From: Eledone cirrhosa | Lineage: Eukaryota | DNA length: 64,000 nt | Direction of reading: 5' to 3' | Assembly (NCBI GenBank): GCA_964016885.1 | Contig: OZ024741.1 | Span: 356,252,001-356,316,000, forward strand | Shown: positions 1 to 17,539 of the stretch, piece after piece | Numbering within the stretch: position 1 is the stretch's first letter | Layout: each line of letters opens with the position of its first letter | Program-made: the position numbers and the translations under genes | Notes under the pieces: generated by a model | What the model was told of the DNA's origin: nothing | The model's database searches: none | What the model saw: only the letters and a program-made list of their open reading frames with translations

Positions 1-524
1 GAGATGTGTGCTGATGTAGGTATGTATGTTGACGTGTGTATGTTGTGGGTTCGTCTTAGGGAGAAGTGTTTAGACGGGGTCCGTATTTGTTAATGAAGTA
101 AGATTCCTTGCTGATGCGCTGGGTGTGGGTGGCATTATCATTAAATTTGTAGATAAAAACAGTCTTGGCGCAAAATCAACTTTTTACATTCACATGACCT
201 CTACCGACCAATCAAAATTGTTTTGACCGCAAGCATTTTTGCAACACAAAAATAACGCTGGAGCCACTTTTTTAACATAAAAACAGGTAGAATTCCCAAA
301 ACTAATCAGATCAGAGCAAACAGCACGGACACTCTATCTCAAAATTATTTTTGAAAAGCATTTAGAAATGCGCAACCGGTAAAAACTTAAAAACATAAAA
401 CCACAACTGAATACTAACCCATACAATCACTAATACTCTTTTATTCCTAATTAAACCATTTTTCAACTGTGAACAATTTGTCAGCATTTTCTATTCCGTT
501 TACCAATATATATATCTATATATA

Positions 525-594
<70 letters not shown>

Positions 595-787
595 ATCGGA
601 GAAAGCTTTTTAGCGATACTCCGGCCAAATTCCAACTCACTCAACAAACATTAGGAAATAAGTGATTATATTCCCAATTATACGTTCGGGGTGCTAACTA
701 AAAGTATTGCGTGGAAAATATCTATATATCTATATATATACATAAATATATATATATATATATACACATATATATATATATATAAAT

Positions 788-866
<79 letters not shown>

Positions 867-872
867 TATATG

Positions 873-1217
<345 letters not shown>

Positions 1218-1257
1218 GTATATATATATGTATATGTATATATATGTATATATATAC

Positions 1258-1323
<66 letters not shown>

Positions 1324-1362
1324 TAATATAAGATCAAAAGATGGTTAAAGGAGTTCCATGTA

Positions 1363-1429
1363 TTTTATTATGCGCATTTCAAAAACAAACATCATCATGC
1401 AATAATATTTGTGTTTTCATCAGATAAAA
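1363..1429 (-). ncRNA. Type I hammerhead ribozyme (family A, inverted copy)
   Basis: Reverse complement of 2835-2901. Confidence 0.85.
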
Positions 1430-2834
1430 CAGGAGAACATGATATGAAGGCTAAAAAACACTTGTGGATAGTGCTGTTTTAAATCAACATATGAAAAGTG
1501 GTTTTAGATTGATGTGTGATATTGGGAAAAATATTTTATTTAGAGAGGGGGGTGGAAAGGATGAAAAAGGGGAGGAGATGAGAGGGAGAGATGGGTGATA
1601 GAGAGAAAGAGATAGTTTTTATAACTGAGAGGAGATATATTGTTTTACATAGAGAGGTTGAAAACCGTTGGAAGATAATGTATAAATTAAAAGAATTTGA
1701 AAATTAACGAAGAAAAAATATTTTATTTAGGGAGGGGGGGTGGAAAGGATGAAAAAAGGGGGAGGAGATGAGAGTGAAGGTGGAGAGGGAGAGATGGGTG
1801 ATAGAGAGAAAGAGATAGTTTTTATAACTGAGAAAAAGATATATTGTTTTATATAGAGAGGTTGAGAACCGTTGGAAGATAATGTATAAATTAAAGGAAT
1901 TTGAAAATTAACGAAGGGAATTTATGTATGAAGATAGAGAGAAAAAAATAATAATTGTGGATGAATATTCTAACGTCAAAAAAAGTGTATGTTGATAAGT
2001 ATTGTGGCAATTTCAAAATTAACGAAGAGAAAAATTATTAAGGTTTGTGTGTAGAAGGATTTGAGAAAAAATAATGTGAAGTTAAAGTTTGTATATTGAA
2101 GGAATTGATAATATATGCGAATAAAGAGTTAATATGTATTAAGAATGAGTTCGTTGATGGGGAGAAAAAAATAATAAATTAAGGATGAAATTGAGATTAA
2201 AAAGATTTATGATAGAGAGAAAAAATAATAATGATTGCGGATGAATATTCTAACGTCAAAAAAACAAATGTATATGTTATGAAGGATTTTACAAGGTGAA
2301 GATAGAATGAGGGTAATGAGTAAACAAGTATTATAGAGTGTATAATGCCCTTTAAAGTAAGGTGGGAAGATGGGTATATTTTAAAGAGGTGTATGTATAT
2401 GTGCCTTTGAGAAAAGATTCTAAATTCTAAAGAATTGAATATTAACTGTATACTTTGTGAAAAGTCCTATGGAATTTATGCAGGCAGATAGAAAACAAAT
2501 CTGTACGTCTATTTATTATAGAATCTAGGTTAGAGATAATGGTAAATTTTTCATTTAGGCAGAGATTACAGATTTTAGATGGAGAGCTGTTCAAGTATGA
2601 GGATGCAGAAGAAACCTTCTTCCAAAAGATGGTATATTTAATGTTTTTGTCTTTATCACCCATCTCTCCCTCTCATCTCCTCCCCTTTTTCATCCTTTCC
2701 ACCCCCACCCACCCCCCTCTCTAAATAAAATATTTTTCCCAATATCACACATCAATCTAAAACCACTTTTCATATGTTGATTTAAAACTGCACTATCCAC
2801 AAGTGTTTTTTAGCCTTCATATCATGTTCTCCTG

Positions 2835-2901
2835 TTTTATCTGATGAAAACACAAATATTATTGCATGATGATGTTTGTTTTTGAAATGCGCATAATAAA
2901 A
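2835..2901 (+). ncRNA. Type I hammerhead ribozyme (family A)
   Basis: ttttat-CTGATGA-stem II (caaatattatt/gatgatgtttg)-GAAA-tgcgca-TA-ataaaa. All core bases and stems I-III are present. Confidence 0.85.
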
Positions 2902-3024
2902 TACATGGAACTCCTTTAACCATCTTTTGATCTTATATTATGTATACTCCAGTCCTACAAACTGTAGAGTGCTTCTTATCCGATATCTGCATTGCTTTAT
3001 TGTACTACAATAAAACTCACCTCC

Positions 3025-3113
<89 letters not shown>

Positions 3114-3211
3114 GTATATATATACGTAGGTCCCGGGTTGAGTCGGGGATAACCACAGTAAGTAAGGTACTCAATACATGGCAGAGTAAAAATTTTTTAT
3201 TTTATAGAAGG

Positions 3212-3262
3212 AGCTTCTACAGGACTAGTACTGTTTCATTCAGATGAAATCTTCAGGAAGCT
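3212..3262 (-). ncRNA. Type I hammerhead ribozyme (family B)
   Basis: agcttc-CTGAAGA-t ttc atct gaa t-GAAA-cag..ctg-TA-gaagct. Identical to the copy at 54157-54207 (+). Confidence 0.75.
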
Positions 3263-4191
3263 GGGTGTCATATTAAGTTCTGGTATTTATACATTTAGGT
3301 AGTGGCAAGGGAGGGTGGTGGATGGGGGGGGGTATTTAGATACACAGGACCACTACATGGCACAGGCCGTTTTTTCTATGGGGAGTGGTCAATTAGCCAG
3401 AGTGCTTTTTTGAAATAAATAAATAAGTAAATAAATAAATAAATGAATAAATAAATAGATAAATGAATAAATAAATAAAATAAATAAAGAAATAAATAAA
3501 AAATAAATAAATAAAAACCCCAAGAATATTAATTCAACAGATATATAGTAGGGAAATTTTTTAGGTGGGTTGGTAATAGAAATTAAGCATTTAACAAGAC
3601 CGAATCATGGCACAGACTGGGGTGAGTGGTCAAGTTAACATACAAGCCACAGGTAGCCAGAGTGTATATATATATATAGAAAAGATGAATATAAAATGAA
3701 AGTGCTTTTTTTAAAAAAAAGGAATTTATTAGGTATTGACATATGTTTCTGTAACAGACCGAATAACTATGTATCGCTGCTTGCGTAATCATATAATGTT
3801 AGCAAGTATTCGATAGCAAATGTATAATCAGTTGTCACTTCTTCAGAGATTTTGAAGCAGCGATACATAGGTATTCCGTCTGTTACAGAAACATATGTCA
3901 ATACCTAATAAATTCCTTTTTTTTTTAAAAAGCACTTTCATTTTATATTCATCTTTTCTACATTTTCTCCGGAATATAATTTATACTCCTTGAGCAAACC
4001 TACACGTACGCTGTTCATCTCTAACGTAACGATATATTATTATCACTACATTATTGATAACCTGAAATTTTAATTGTATATATATATATGTATATGTATA
4101 TGTATATGTATATATATATATATATACATACATATATATATATATATATATAATATATATATATATAAATATATATATGTATATATATATG

Positions 4192-4222
<31 letters not shown>

Positions 4223-4925
4223 GTATATATATATGTATATATATATATATGTATATATATATATGTATATATATATGTATATATATATGTATATATATAT
4301 ATATGTATATATATATGTATATATATATATATGTATATATATATGTATATATATATATATGTATATATATATATGTATATGTATATATATATGCATATGT
4401 ATATATATATGTATATATATATGTATATATATATATGTATATGTATATATATATGCATATGTATATATATATGTATATATATATGTATATATATATATGT
4501 ATATGTATATATATATGTATATATATATATATGTATATGTATATATATATGTATATATATATGTATATGTATATATATATGTATATATATATATGTATAT
4601 GTATATATATATGTATATATATATGTATATGTATATATATATGTATATATATATATGTATATTTATATATATATGTATATATATATATGTATATTTATAT
4701 ATATATGTATATATATATATGTATATTTATATATATATGTATATATATATATGTATATTTATATATATATGTATATATATATATGTATATTTATATATAT
4801 ATGTATATATGTATATGTATATATATATATGTATATATGTATATGTATATATATATATGTATATGTATATATATATGTATATATGTATATGTATATATAT
4901 ATATGTATATATATATGTATATATG

Positions 4926-4958
<33 letters not shown>

Positions 4959-5404
4959 GTAAACGGAAAAAATGAAACGAAATTTCATTTCTCACTCTTA
5001 GTACGGCTGCTACTTAAATATAAGTATGTATACGTACATACATATATGTATACAGACGTACAGTAGTATGTATATATATATATATATATATACATACATG
5101 CACACATATATATATGTACGTATGGATTCACCGAACATTTATTATAATGCTCGGTGTTTGTAAACAAACATCCCGAATTAAGCCGTACAGTGTCTAGCAA
5201 CCATCGTTGCTCATTTGTTCAACACTGACAAAGGAACGCTGTACTAGTTTCAAGCTAATTAGCTATCGTCAGGAAACACACCGAGCATTATAATAAATGT
5301 TCGGTGAATCCATACGTACATATATATATGTGTGCATGTATGTATATATATACATACTACTGTACGTCTGTATACATATATGTATGTACGTATACATACT
5401 TATA

Positions 5405-5436
<32 letters not shown>

Positions 5437-5456
5437 AGTATATATACATACATATA

Positions 5457-5903
<447 letters not shown>

Positions 5904-5905
5904 AT

Positions 5906-8524
5906 GTGGAATGTCGGAGGCCTGGTGAAACTCAGTAACATGAGTAAAATTTCCTACCTGGGAGACTTAGCCATAAGCAATCAAGCATTATGCATGGCAC
6001 TAACCGAAACACACCTGACAAGCAGTATAGCAGATGCAGAGATACATATACCGAAATATACTGTATTTCGTTCGGACAGGAAGGAGAGAACTCATGGTGG
6101 GGTTGCTCTGTATATCCGTGAAGATGTCACACCAATTGTACTGTTGACACATTCAAACTCAGTCTGTGACACACTGATAGTACATATGAAGCAACGAAAG
6201 ACAGTAATATGTGTCACATATCGGCTGCCCGATGCCCCCAGTCATGAGGGTAAATTTGAGGATAGCCTAAGTAGGATAGAAGAGGTCCTTGATAAACTGG
6301 ACCAGGGTCTCAACATTCTACTGCTGGGAGACTTCAACCTACCAAAGGTCAAATGGCCTGAGGGCCACCTCCTCCCTGGAATGACGTCAATCGAACAGAG
6401 ACAGACGGAATCCCTGCTGGCCCTAACACACAGGCTGTTCATGGAGCAAGCACTACTCCTCCCAACAAGAGGCGAAAATGTCCTGGACCTCTGTTTTACA
6501 AACAACGAAGTGCTCATCCACAATGTAAAGGTGACACCAACAATTCTCTCGGATCATAACTTAGTAGCGCTAATGATATGTGGTCCAAGAGAACCAACAG
6601 AGACAAAACCACCAAGAAGCTTCGGGACGTTATCCAGCCTTAACTTCTACAAGGCTAACTGGAAAAAGATTAAGAGAGAAATCCGGAAGCAAACATGGAG
6701 TGAAAACACCGCCACACAAGACACTAACACACAATTTCAACACTTCATGACAACGATACACACTATATGCAAAACGTTTGTCCCGGAGAAAGAGGCAAAC
6801 AGACACAAAAATCTTATTCCCAGAGATAGGAAAATCCTTATGAGACGTAGAACTAAACTCTCAAACCAGTTGAATAGTCAACAAAACAAAAACAAGAAGG
6901 AATCCTATTTGAAATGTGCATTACTTGGCACCGAGATTGCACTCAAGCTTTCCCATGAGAATGAGACGGCAAAGAAAGAGAACAGGGCCATAGAAAACAT
7001 TAAAACAAACCCTAAGGCCTTCTTTAAATTTGCAAAAGAAACTGCCTCAGTACACTGCAAGATTGGGCCACTCTTCCATACGGACGGTTCATTAACCGAA
7101 AACCCCCAAGAGATATGTGAAATACTGAACGAACAGTACAAAAGTGTGTTCACATGTCCACTGAGGCACATGCAAATAACGAAGCCAGAGGAGTTCTTTG
7201 ATGCCACAACACTACATGAGAAATGGCGACCATCAACCACATATACATAACGGAGGAGGATGTGGTGTACGCCATTGATGAAATTAGAACAGACTCTGCT
7301 GCTGGACCTGATGGATTCCCAGCAGTTCTCTTAAAAATATGTAAGCGGGCCTTAGCAAACTCCACTGAAGATGCTCTTCAGAAGCTCCTTGGCTAGCGGT
7401 GTACTACCCAGGGAGCTGAAAGACGGCACAATATGCCCTATCCATAGAGGAGGTAGCAGAGCGGAAGCCAAAAACATGCCCTCTGTAGTACATACAACAA
7501 CATCCCTCACTAGCTATGCTGATGACACTAAGGTAGCACAGGCAATGAAAAACCCGACTGACGCTGCCCTTTTACAGCAGGATCTGGATGCCATATACAA
7601 ATGGACGGAAGAAAACAACATGCAGTTTAATGCAGGCAAATTCCAAGCCCTACAATACAAACCTCCAAACAAACCTGCAAACACAAATATAGTGGAACAC
7701 AACTACACAGGACCAGGAGGGACCGATATCCCCGTGTCAAAATCGATACGAGACTTGGGCATAGACATGAGCGATGATGCATCTTTTTCTTCACACATAA
7801 TGAAAGTGGCGACAATGTGCAGACGACTCGCTGGCTGGATCTTGAGGACTTTCCGGACAAGAGATCGAGACACCATCTTGACACTATGGTGGACATTTGT
7901 CCTAAGCCGCCTGGACTACTGTTCCCAGTTGTGGTCACCCCATAGTGTCAAACTAACCACGGAGCTTGAGGCAATCCAGCGAAGCTACACCAAGAGGATT
8001 GCCAAGATGAGGGAGACAAGCTACTGGGAGAGGCTAAAGGAACTGAACCTCTACTCCTTGGAGCGAAGACAGGAGAGATACGCAGTGATCTACATGGGGA
8101 AAATGCTGGAGGGACTAGCACCAAACTTTGGCATTGGGAGCTGGACCAACCGTCGAACAGGACGTCACTGTGTGGTGCCAAAGGTCCCGTGTTCCACATC
8201 TAGAATAAGGAGCAGGTATTGCAATAGCCTGGGATTCAAGGGCCCTCAACTCTTCAACAGGCTGCCGAGGGATCTGAGAGATTTGCATGACGTGGAGGTG
8301 GATGTCTTCAAGAAACATCTCGACACCTTGTTATCCAGGATCCCGGATGAGCCCACAGCAAGACACGAGGGAAACCTAAGGGCAGCAGCAACAAACTCCC
8401 TCTTACACCAGTGGCCAACCTATACAGGCTGGAGATAAAATGTGTAGCAACAAGGGCGGTGCCCCAGCATGGCCTCAGCTGAAACAGGTAAAAGATGGCT
8501 GAAACAGGTAAAAGAGTAAAAGAG
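5906..8524 (+). mobile_element. CR1-type non-LTR retrotransposon ORF2 (APE + RT), 5'-truncated, frameshifted, with an internal RT deletion
   Basis: APE motifs [45 protein letters not shown] and C-terminal LDYCSQLWSP / YWERLKELNLYSLERR. 3' tail gcggtgccccagcatggcc followed by repeated gctgaaacaggtaaaaga. Confidence 0.9.
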
Positions 8525-8588
8525 TATATATATGTATATGTATATATATATATGTATGTATAAAAATATATATATGTATATATATATG

Positions 8589-8620
<32 letters not shown>

Positions 8621-8626
8621 CATATG

Positions 8627-8680
<54 letters not shown>

Positions 8681-8686
8681 CATATG

Positions 8687-8740
<54 letters not shown>

Positions 8741-8752
8741 CATATGTATATA

Positions 8753-8791
<39 letters not shown>

Positions 8792-8808
8792 GTATATATA
8801 TACATATG

Positions 8809-8858
<50 letters not shown>

Positions 8859-8866
8859 TATACATA

Positions 8867-9075
<209 letters not shown>

Positions 9076-9076
9076 G

Positions 9077-9147
<71 letters not shown>

Positions 9148-9230
9148 CACGCTGTGACTTCTCTCTCCCACGTGTAGCTGGACAGTCACTTTTAAAATTC
9201 TCTTAGTGTTGTCCGAAATGTATAGCCTTA

Positions 9231-9322
9231 CGCACGCTGATGAACCGAGGCTAACCCATTTCTTTCAACAAATTACTGGTGAAACATATCTTTGGATTAG
9301 TATCTTTGGATTTGTACGTGTG
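9231..9322 (+). ncRNA. Type I hammerhead ribozyme in tandem-repeat unit 1
   Basis: cgcacg-CTGATGA-acc...ggt-GAAA-ca..tg-TA-cgtgtg. Confidence 0.75.
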
Positions 9323-9786
9323 TTATATAGTTATAGATGTATTTATTTACGCTTTAATTTATATTTTTAATTATCGTGTCTATCGTCTGCCTTTCATAGG
9401 TTATAGATTCCATACACTGGTTGGTTTTTTCCCTTGTTTTATTGATAGCGCACTGTATATCTCTCTCTGGTGTGTTACCTTTTCAACACATTGTATTTTA
9501 AAGAGCTCAGGATTTCTTCTCCTTTGAGCACAATATTTACAGGGAATAGCGAGGGCCTATGCCTCCGTTAATTTATCGTGATATTTCGCTCCTAATAACA
9601 GTCTTTCCTATCTCTGTTTGGTTGAGCACACTTCTCTGAGTGGCTTTGGGCTGCCCTTTCTAGCAGTTCGTCTCTCAGAGGCCACTGGTTCACTGCCCTT
9701 AAACACGCTGTGACTTCTCTCTCCCACGTGTAGCTGGACAGTCACTTTTAAAATTCTCTTAGTGTTGTCCGAAATGTATAGCCTTA

Positions 9787-9878
9787 CACACGCTGATGAA
9801 CCGAGGCTAACCCATTTCTTTCAACAAATTACTGGTGAAACATATCTTTGGATTAGTATCTTTGGATTTTTACGTGTG
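9787..9878 (+). ncRNA. Type I hammerhead ribozyme in tandem-repeat unit 2
   Basis: cacacg-CTGATGA-acc...ggt-GAAA-ca..tt-TA-cgtgtg, with one stem III mismatch. Exactly 556 nt from unit 1. Confidence 0.65.
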
Positions 9879-10135
9879 TTATATAGTTATAGAGGTATTT
9901 ATTTACGCTTTCATTTATATTTTTAATTATCGTGTCTATAGTCTGCTTTTCATGGGTTATAGATTCCATACACTGGTGGGTTTTTTTCCCTGTTTTATTG
10001 ATAGCGCACTGTATATCTCTTCTCTCTGGTGTGTTACCTTTTCAACACATTGTATTTTAAAGAGCTCAGGATTTTTTCTCCTTTGAGCACATTATTTACA
10101 GGGAACATCGAGGGCCTATGCCTCCGTTAATTTAT

Positions 10136-10740
<605 letters not shown>

Positions 10741-11013
10741 GATATAGACACACGCAAAAGATTGACAAAAGACAGTTCAGAGTTTAATATAATTTGTAAA
10801 TTTTCAGTCATAGCAGTTTTAGAACATCACATCATTATTTAATGGTTCTGAAGAATTTAATACAGAAGAATAAAATATTGCTTCCTTCTGTATTTAAAAG
10901 AAACGTGCCTATATTCATTAAATAATGTAATTAAACCCTGGTTACCTATTTATTAATTATATATATATATTAATCATGTGATTCTGTTTCTTTACAATTT
11001 TTTACATTTACAG

Positions 11014-11244
11014 TGGGATCTGGTCTGCAACAAGGAAAGATTGGCTGAATCAACTCAAACGTTTTATGTCATGGGTCAGGTAGTCAGTGGTTTGATGTCT
11101 CCGTATTTGATTGAAATATTTGGACGGAAACCTCTGCGAGTGTCCAGTAATATCTTGTTGGTTGTGTTCAACTTAATCTCTGCGTTTTCGCCATTTTACT
11201 CGTTGTTTGCAGCCATGAGGTTTTTCATTGGGGTGGTAAGAGAG
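11014..11244 (+). CDS. SLC22-family (organic ion transporter, MFS) gene, internal exon A
   Basis: Acceptor tttacag|, donor |gtaatg. Encodes WDLVCNKERLAESTQTFYVMGQ...LIEIFGRK...MRFFIGVVRE. WDLVC and FGRK are SLC22/MFS hallmarks. Phase 0/0. Confidence 0.93.
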
Positions 11245-12180
11245 GTAATGCTTTTTTGAACATATGCATTATATTCTTCTATATGCAAAGAAATTATCTT
11301 TATCATACAACAGTACTAAATAAAAACGAACAATACTTCTTCTATATCAGTAACAACGGTTAGCGATATAATCTGGATTTATATATTGAATCTATTACAT
11401 ATAAATTTTTCCTACATCCTCGGTCACCATTACAGAGATGATAGATTATTAATCTGTTGTAACCTCAACTTCAACACACCGGATACATTGCGAAAAAAAA
11501 CAGGTGTACAGATGCATGCATGTATGCACACACACTAAGATACACGCTCACTCACACATTTATATGTATTTATGTATGTATTTATATGTATATATGTATT
11601 CATCAAAAGATGAGATACCAACTAATCTAAACATAGATGATGAGATAAAAACAGTAGCTCTTTAAATCCCGTATTTTACATTTGCAGCAATAAACTAACT
11701 TCGCAAACAACCACTCCTTTCAACCCTCCTTTCAGCAGAAAATCACTAGATTTTCTTATACTTATTATTAAACATTCCCTCTGCATCCGTAAATATAACA
11801 AGATTATTATAAATTATATAAATGTTTCTTATTCAACAACTTCTAAACTTGCATAATCTTTACACAACCCGACTCACATTAAATGTCTTCCTTTATCTCA
11901 CTAAAATACCTGTATACATTCCGCCACCTGACCGAATATCTTGACACCATGTTATATTAATTTGTTTGGAATCTCAAATCTACTTAAACGTAGGTTATCC
12001 TTATTTAACACAAAATGGTTTCCTTACCGTCGACGGCAGTGATGGGATTCTGTTGCTACGTAGGTATCTGAGTAGCCACATTTGTGGAGGGAACTGCTCA
12101 CCTTGAGTCTGGAAAGTATCTGCAATATTTATGCTATCAAATAGTTTATTTATGAGTCTCATCGTTTTACTATATTTCAG

Positions 12181-12383
12181 GCATATGTTATCAGTTCTGT
12201 ATCCTTGGTTTGTGAATTATACCCAAAGGAAAAACGCATCGTTATGTCTGGTATATTTTTGCTTGTCTGGAACATGCTTTCTTCTTCTGTCGGTTTGATA
12301 GCCTATCTGTTGAACAATTACAGTTGGAGAATCTTATTCGTGTTTAACGCTGTCATCTCCATATATTTCGTAGTGGATTTCTT
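12181..12383 (+). CDS. SLC22 gene, exon B (ends at a probable GC donor)
   Basis: Acceptor tatttcag|. Encodes AYVISSVSLVCELYPKEKRI...YSWRILF...VVDF(L). Frame continuity with exon C needs a phase-2 end at TT|gcaagt. Confidence 0.85.
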
Positions 12384-12425
12384 GCAAGTATCTTTTTCTG
12401 CCTTAATTGTACATTACTTCAATTA

Positions 12426-12473
<48 letters not shown>

Positions 12474-12496
12474 GCATACATATGTATATGCGTATT

Positions 12497-12575
<79 letters not shown>

Positions 12576-12644
12576 ATATATATATATAATATATAATATA
12601 CAATGATATTAAATAAATGGAAACTATATTTATAAAACCATATT

Positions 12645-12708
12645 TATTCTATTATATATATTTCAAGGGTACCAAGACAACATTGGTACCGTTTCATCAG
12701 ATAAAATA
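12645..12708 (-). ncRNA. Type I hammerhead ribozyme
   Basis: tattttat-CTGATGA-aac ggtaccaa tgttgtc ttggtacc ctt-GAAA-tatata-TA-atagaata. Confidence 0.8.
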
Positions 12709-12945
12709 CAAAGTTTGTTTTATAAATAGAGACATACCCATGAAAATCATACCTTATCGGTTGGAAATTCACTCCAGTCAATTTCCAACCGATAAGGTAT
12801 GATTTAGAATAAATATGGTTTTATAAATATAGTTTCCATTTATTTAATATCATTGAATATTTACTCCAGTAAACTGTTGAGTGCTCTAAATCAGTTATAA
12901 ACATTTATATTTGTTGGACTTCCAACAAATTAAATACCCCTTCTA

Positions 12946-12999
<54 letters not shown>

Positions 13000-13255
13000 A
13001 AATATAAAACAATCAAATGTTAGTTTAATACATTTAATTGCTGACAATTGTTTCTTCCAGACGAATGTCTGGTTTCACCGGAGCATAGAGAATGTTTAAA
13101 CAGGTAATTAAAATCCTAGTCTTCAGAACATTTATATAGATACATAACTATTGCCAGTATCATTGACATAATATAGAAAAGCAGGAGTTACAAAAAGATG
13201 TTATGCTACAGAAAACACAGTATAAGGAGCAATGGTGAAAAGTGAAATATTGAGC

Positions 13256-13306
<51 letters not shown>

Positions 13307-14484
13307 ATATTGTTTAAGGTAATACATGTGCAAAAAGTACAAACAAAAAAAGATGTAAGATAAGATAGATAAAAGATATCATAGCATTGAAAAGTAGGTA
13401 ATGCTAAGGGTATATAATGCAAAAGTTAATAAAATTAATAAAGGCATGCATGGAGTAAGAGTTATATAATAAATGTTATATTTCATATAGAATGTAAAAG
13501 CATGTTAAAAGTGTTAGAAATGTTAAAAATGTTAAAGATAGCATGCAATATGGTAGAGAGATATATACATCTATATACGAACTCCAATATAAAAATTCTT
13601 GATTGACAATTACCTATCTAATTTAATTACATTTTTTACATTACACTTTACATAACATCTATCCATTTTATCACCACATATCTCCCTACCATATTGCATG
13701 CCATCTTTAAAATGTTAAACATTTCTAACACTTTTAATATGCTTTTACATTCTATATGAAATATGCTTATTTCATTTATTATATAACTCTTACCCGATGC
13801 ATGCCTTTATTAATTTATTAACTTTTGCATTATATACCCTTAGGATGAGTATTGATGTACATGGGACACAAACCCACATTCCAACTAACAGACTAATTTT
13901 TTATTTAATCAAATACGGCGTAAGCACATGTTACTAGCTAGTTTTCAAATTCACTAGCTGTTTTTAAACAAAGCCTGCTTTGTGTCTCCCTATTTATATA
14001 CACATATATATATAGCTGTATGATTATATAACTTCTAATTGAATGAAAGGAGCTATGGGTGGCAGGTTGGTGTAATGGAATCACATTGATCCAGCAAATC
14101 AAAGATGTGGGTTCGTGTCCTATGTACACAAATACTCATCCTTTTTTTTCTATTCAGACTGTTTTTTTAAAATCCCAACTAACAGACTAATTTTATTTAG
14201 TCAAATACGGCGTAAGCACATGTGACTACCTAATTTTCGAATTCGCTAGCCGTTTCTAAACAAACCCTGCTTTGTGTCTCTACATATATATATACAAATA
14301 ATTAAAAACAATGCACACATATTCAGATGTTTCCTTTTTACTATGTTTTTATTTTCTAATCTATGAACTATTGTACTCGTGATGAAAAACTAATGTCCGA
14401 TACGTCAAACGTTTTTCTCTCTTTTATCCAAATCGTGAAAGTAATATAACTAATTGTTTTTGTATCTGTGTGTTTGTCAATTTT

Positions 14485-16525
<2,041 letters not shown>

Positions 16526-17339
16526 CTAGCAGTAAAGCCCGGCGTTGCTCGGGGTCGCTCAGTAGCTGTGTTAAAGTTACAATGTTAAGTTTCTTTTTTG
16601 GCTTAAAAACTGTAATGTCTACTGTGCAGACTTGCATGTGGTGTTTTTGATTAATATTCCCTCAACCAACAATATGCCTTATGAAGTTAAGAAAACATAA
16701 CGATAATCCGAATGTTATAACAAAAGAGGATGCTGGGGATAAAAACTGCACTGGTTATTTATTAACAAAGATCGAAAATGTAAACACTGCAACGCAGAGA
16801 AAAACATTAGCGTAACCAAATTATCAGTTATGTCTGTCTGCACGCCTATATCACCTCTCTGCACGACTGTCTGTCTGCACGCCTGAAATATTTGCTTGTT
16901 TTACGTAGTCTTTAAATAGACTTGTTTTCAAGTAAAAATATTGTTTTAAAATGCTTTTAAATGGAAATGAAGCAAAACGGAAGCTTAGTGTTCGAACTGA
17001 TGAATTTTGCAGGTCAATATTTTGCTGGCTCGACAACTGTTCGTGTATTGTGTTAATGTCATTTTAAACGCTGAGAAAGCCAGCGTAATTTTTTACGTAA
17101 GACGCTCAATGTAAACAGAACAAAGGGAAATAACTGATAACTTACGCTCAAAAATCGATACATTATATTCGATTTCGTCACATAGGGTGGGTCAATTTGA
17201 AATATTTTTTTCCGATGTCTTCGCTAGGGCTCAATGTACAAGTATAGCAATTTCGGTGCAATTCCGTCAGAGATTCTAAGAGGAGATGTGTGCCAAAAAT
17301 CGATAGACAGACAGACAACCACAGTTTTATATATATAGA
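16526..17339 (-). mobile_element. Non-autonomous Helitron
   Basis: On the - strand: 5' TCTATATATATAAAACTG, and 3' hairpin cccgagcaacgccggg followed by ctttactgCTAG|T. Sits between A and T with no TSD. Confidence 0.82.
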
Positions 17340-17350
17340 TTATATATATC

Positions 17351-17383
<33 letters not shown>

Positions 17384-17391
17384 TATACATT

Positions 17392-17447
<56 letters not shown>

Positions 17448-17473
17448 TATATTTTATATATATATAATATATA

Positions 17474-17539
<66 letters not shown>

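Larger units (their letters stand above)
1328..2938 (-). mobile_element. Decayed PLE with inverted terminal arms (~1328-1610 / ~2655-2938)
   Basis: Arms are reverse complements. An internal - strand ORF KICNLCLNEKFTII....INRRTDLFSICLHK resembles a PLE GIY-YIG C-terminus. Each arm carries a hammerhead. Confidence 0.75.

Noticed and set aside
13061-13103. Possible 43-nt SLC22 micro-exon (ttccag|...cag|gtaatt)
   Set aside because: It introduces stops in the phases available from exon B, has no SLC22 similarity, and overlaps a decayed - strand hammerhead-like repeat. Exons B and C join well without it.
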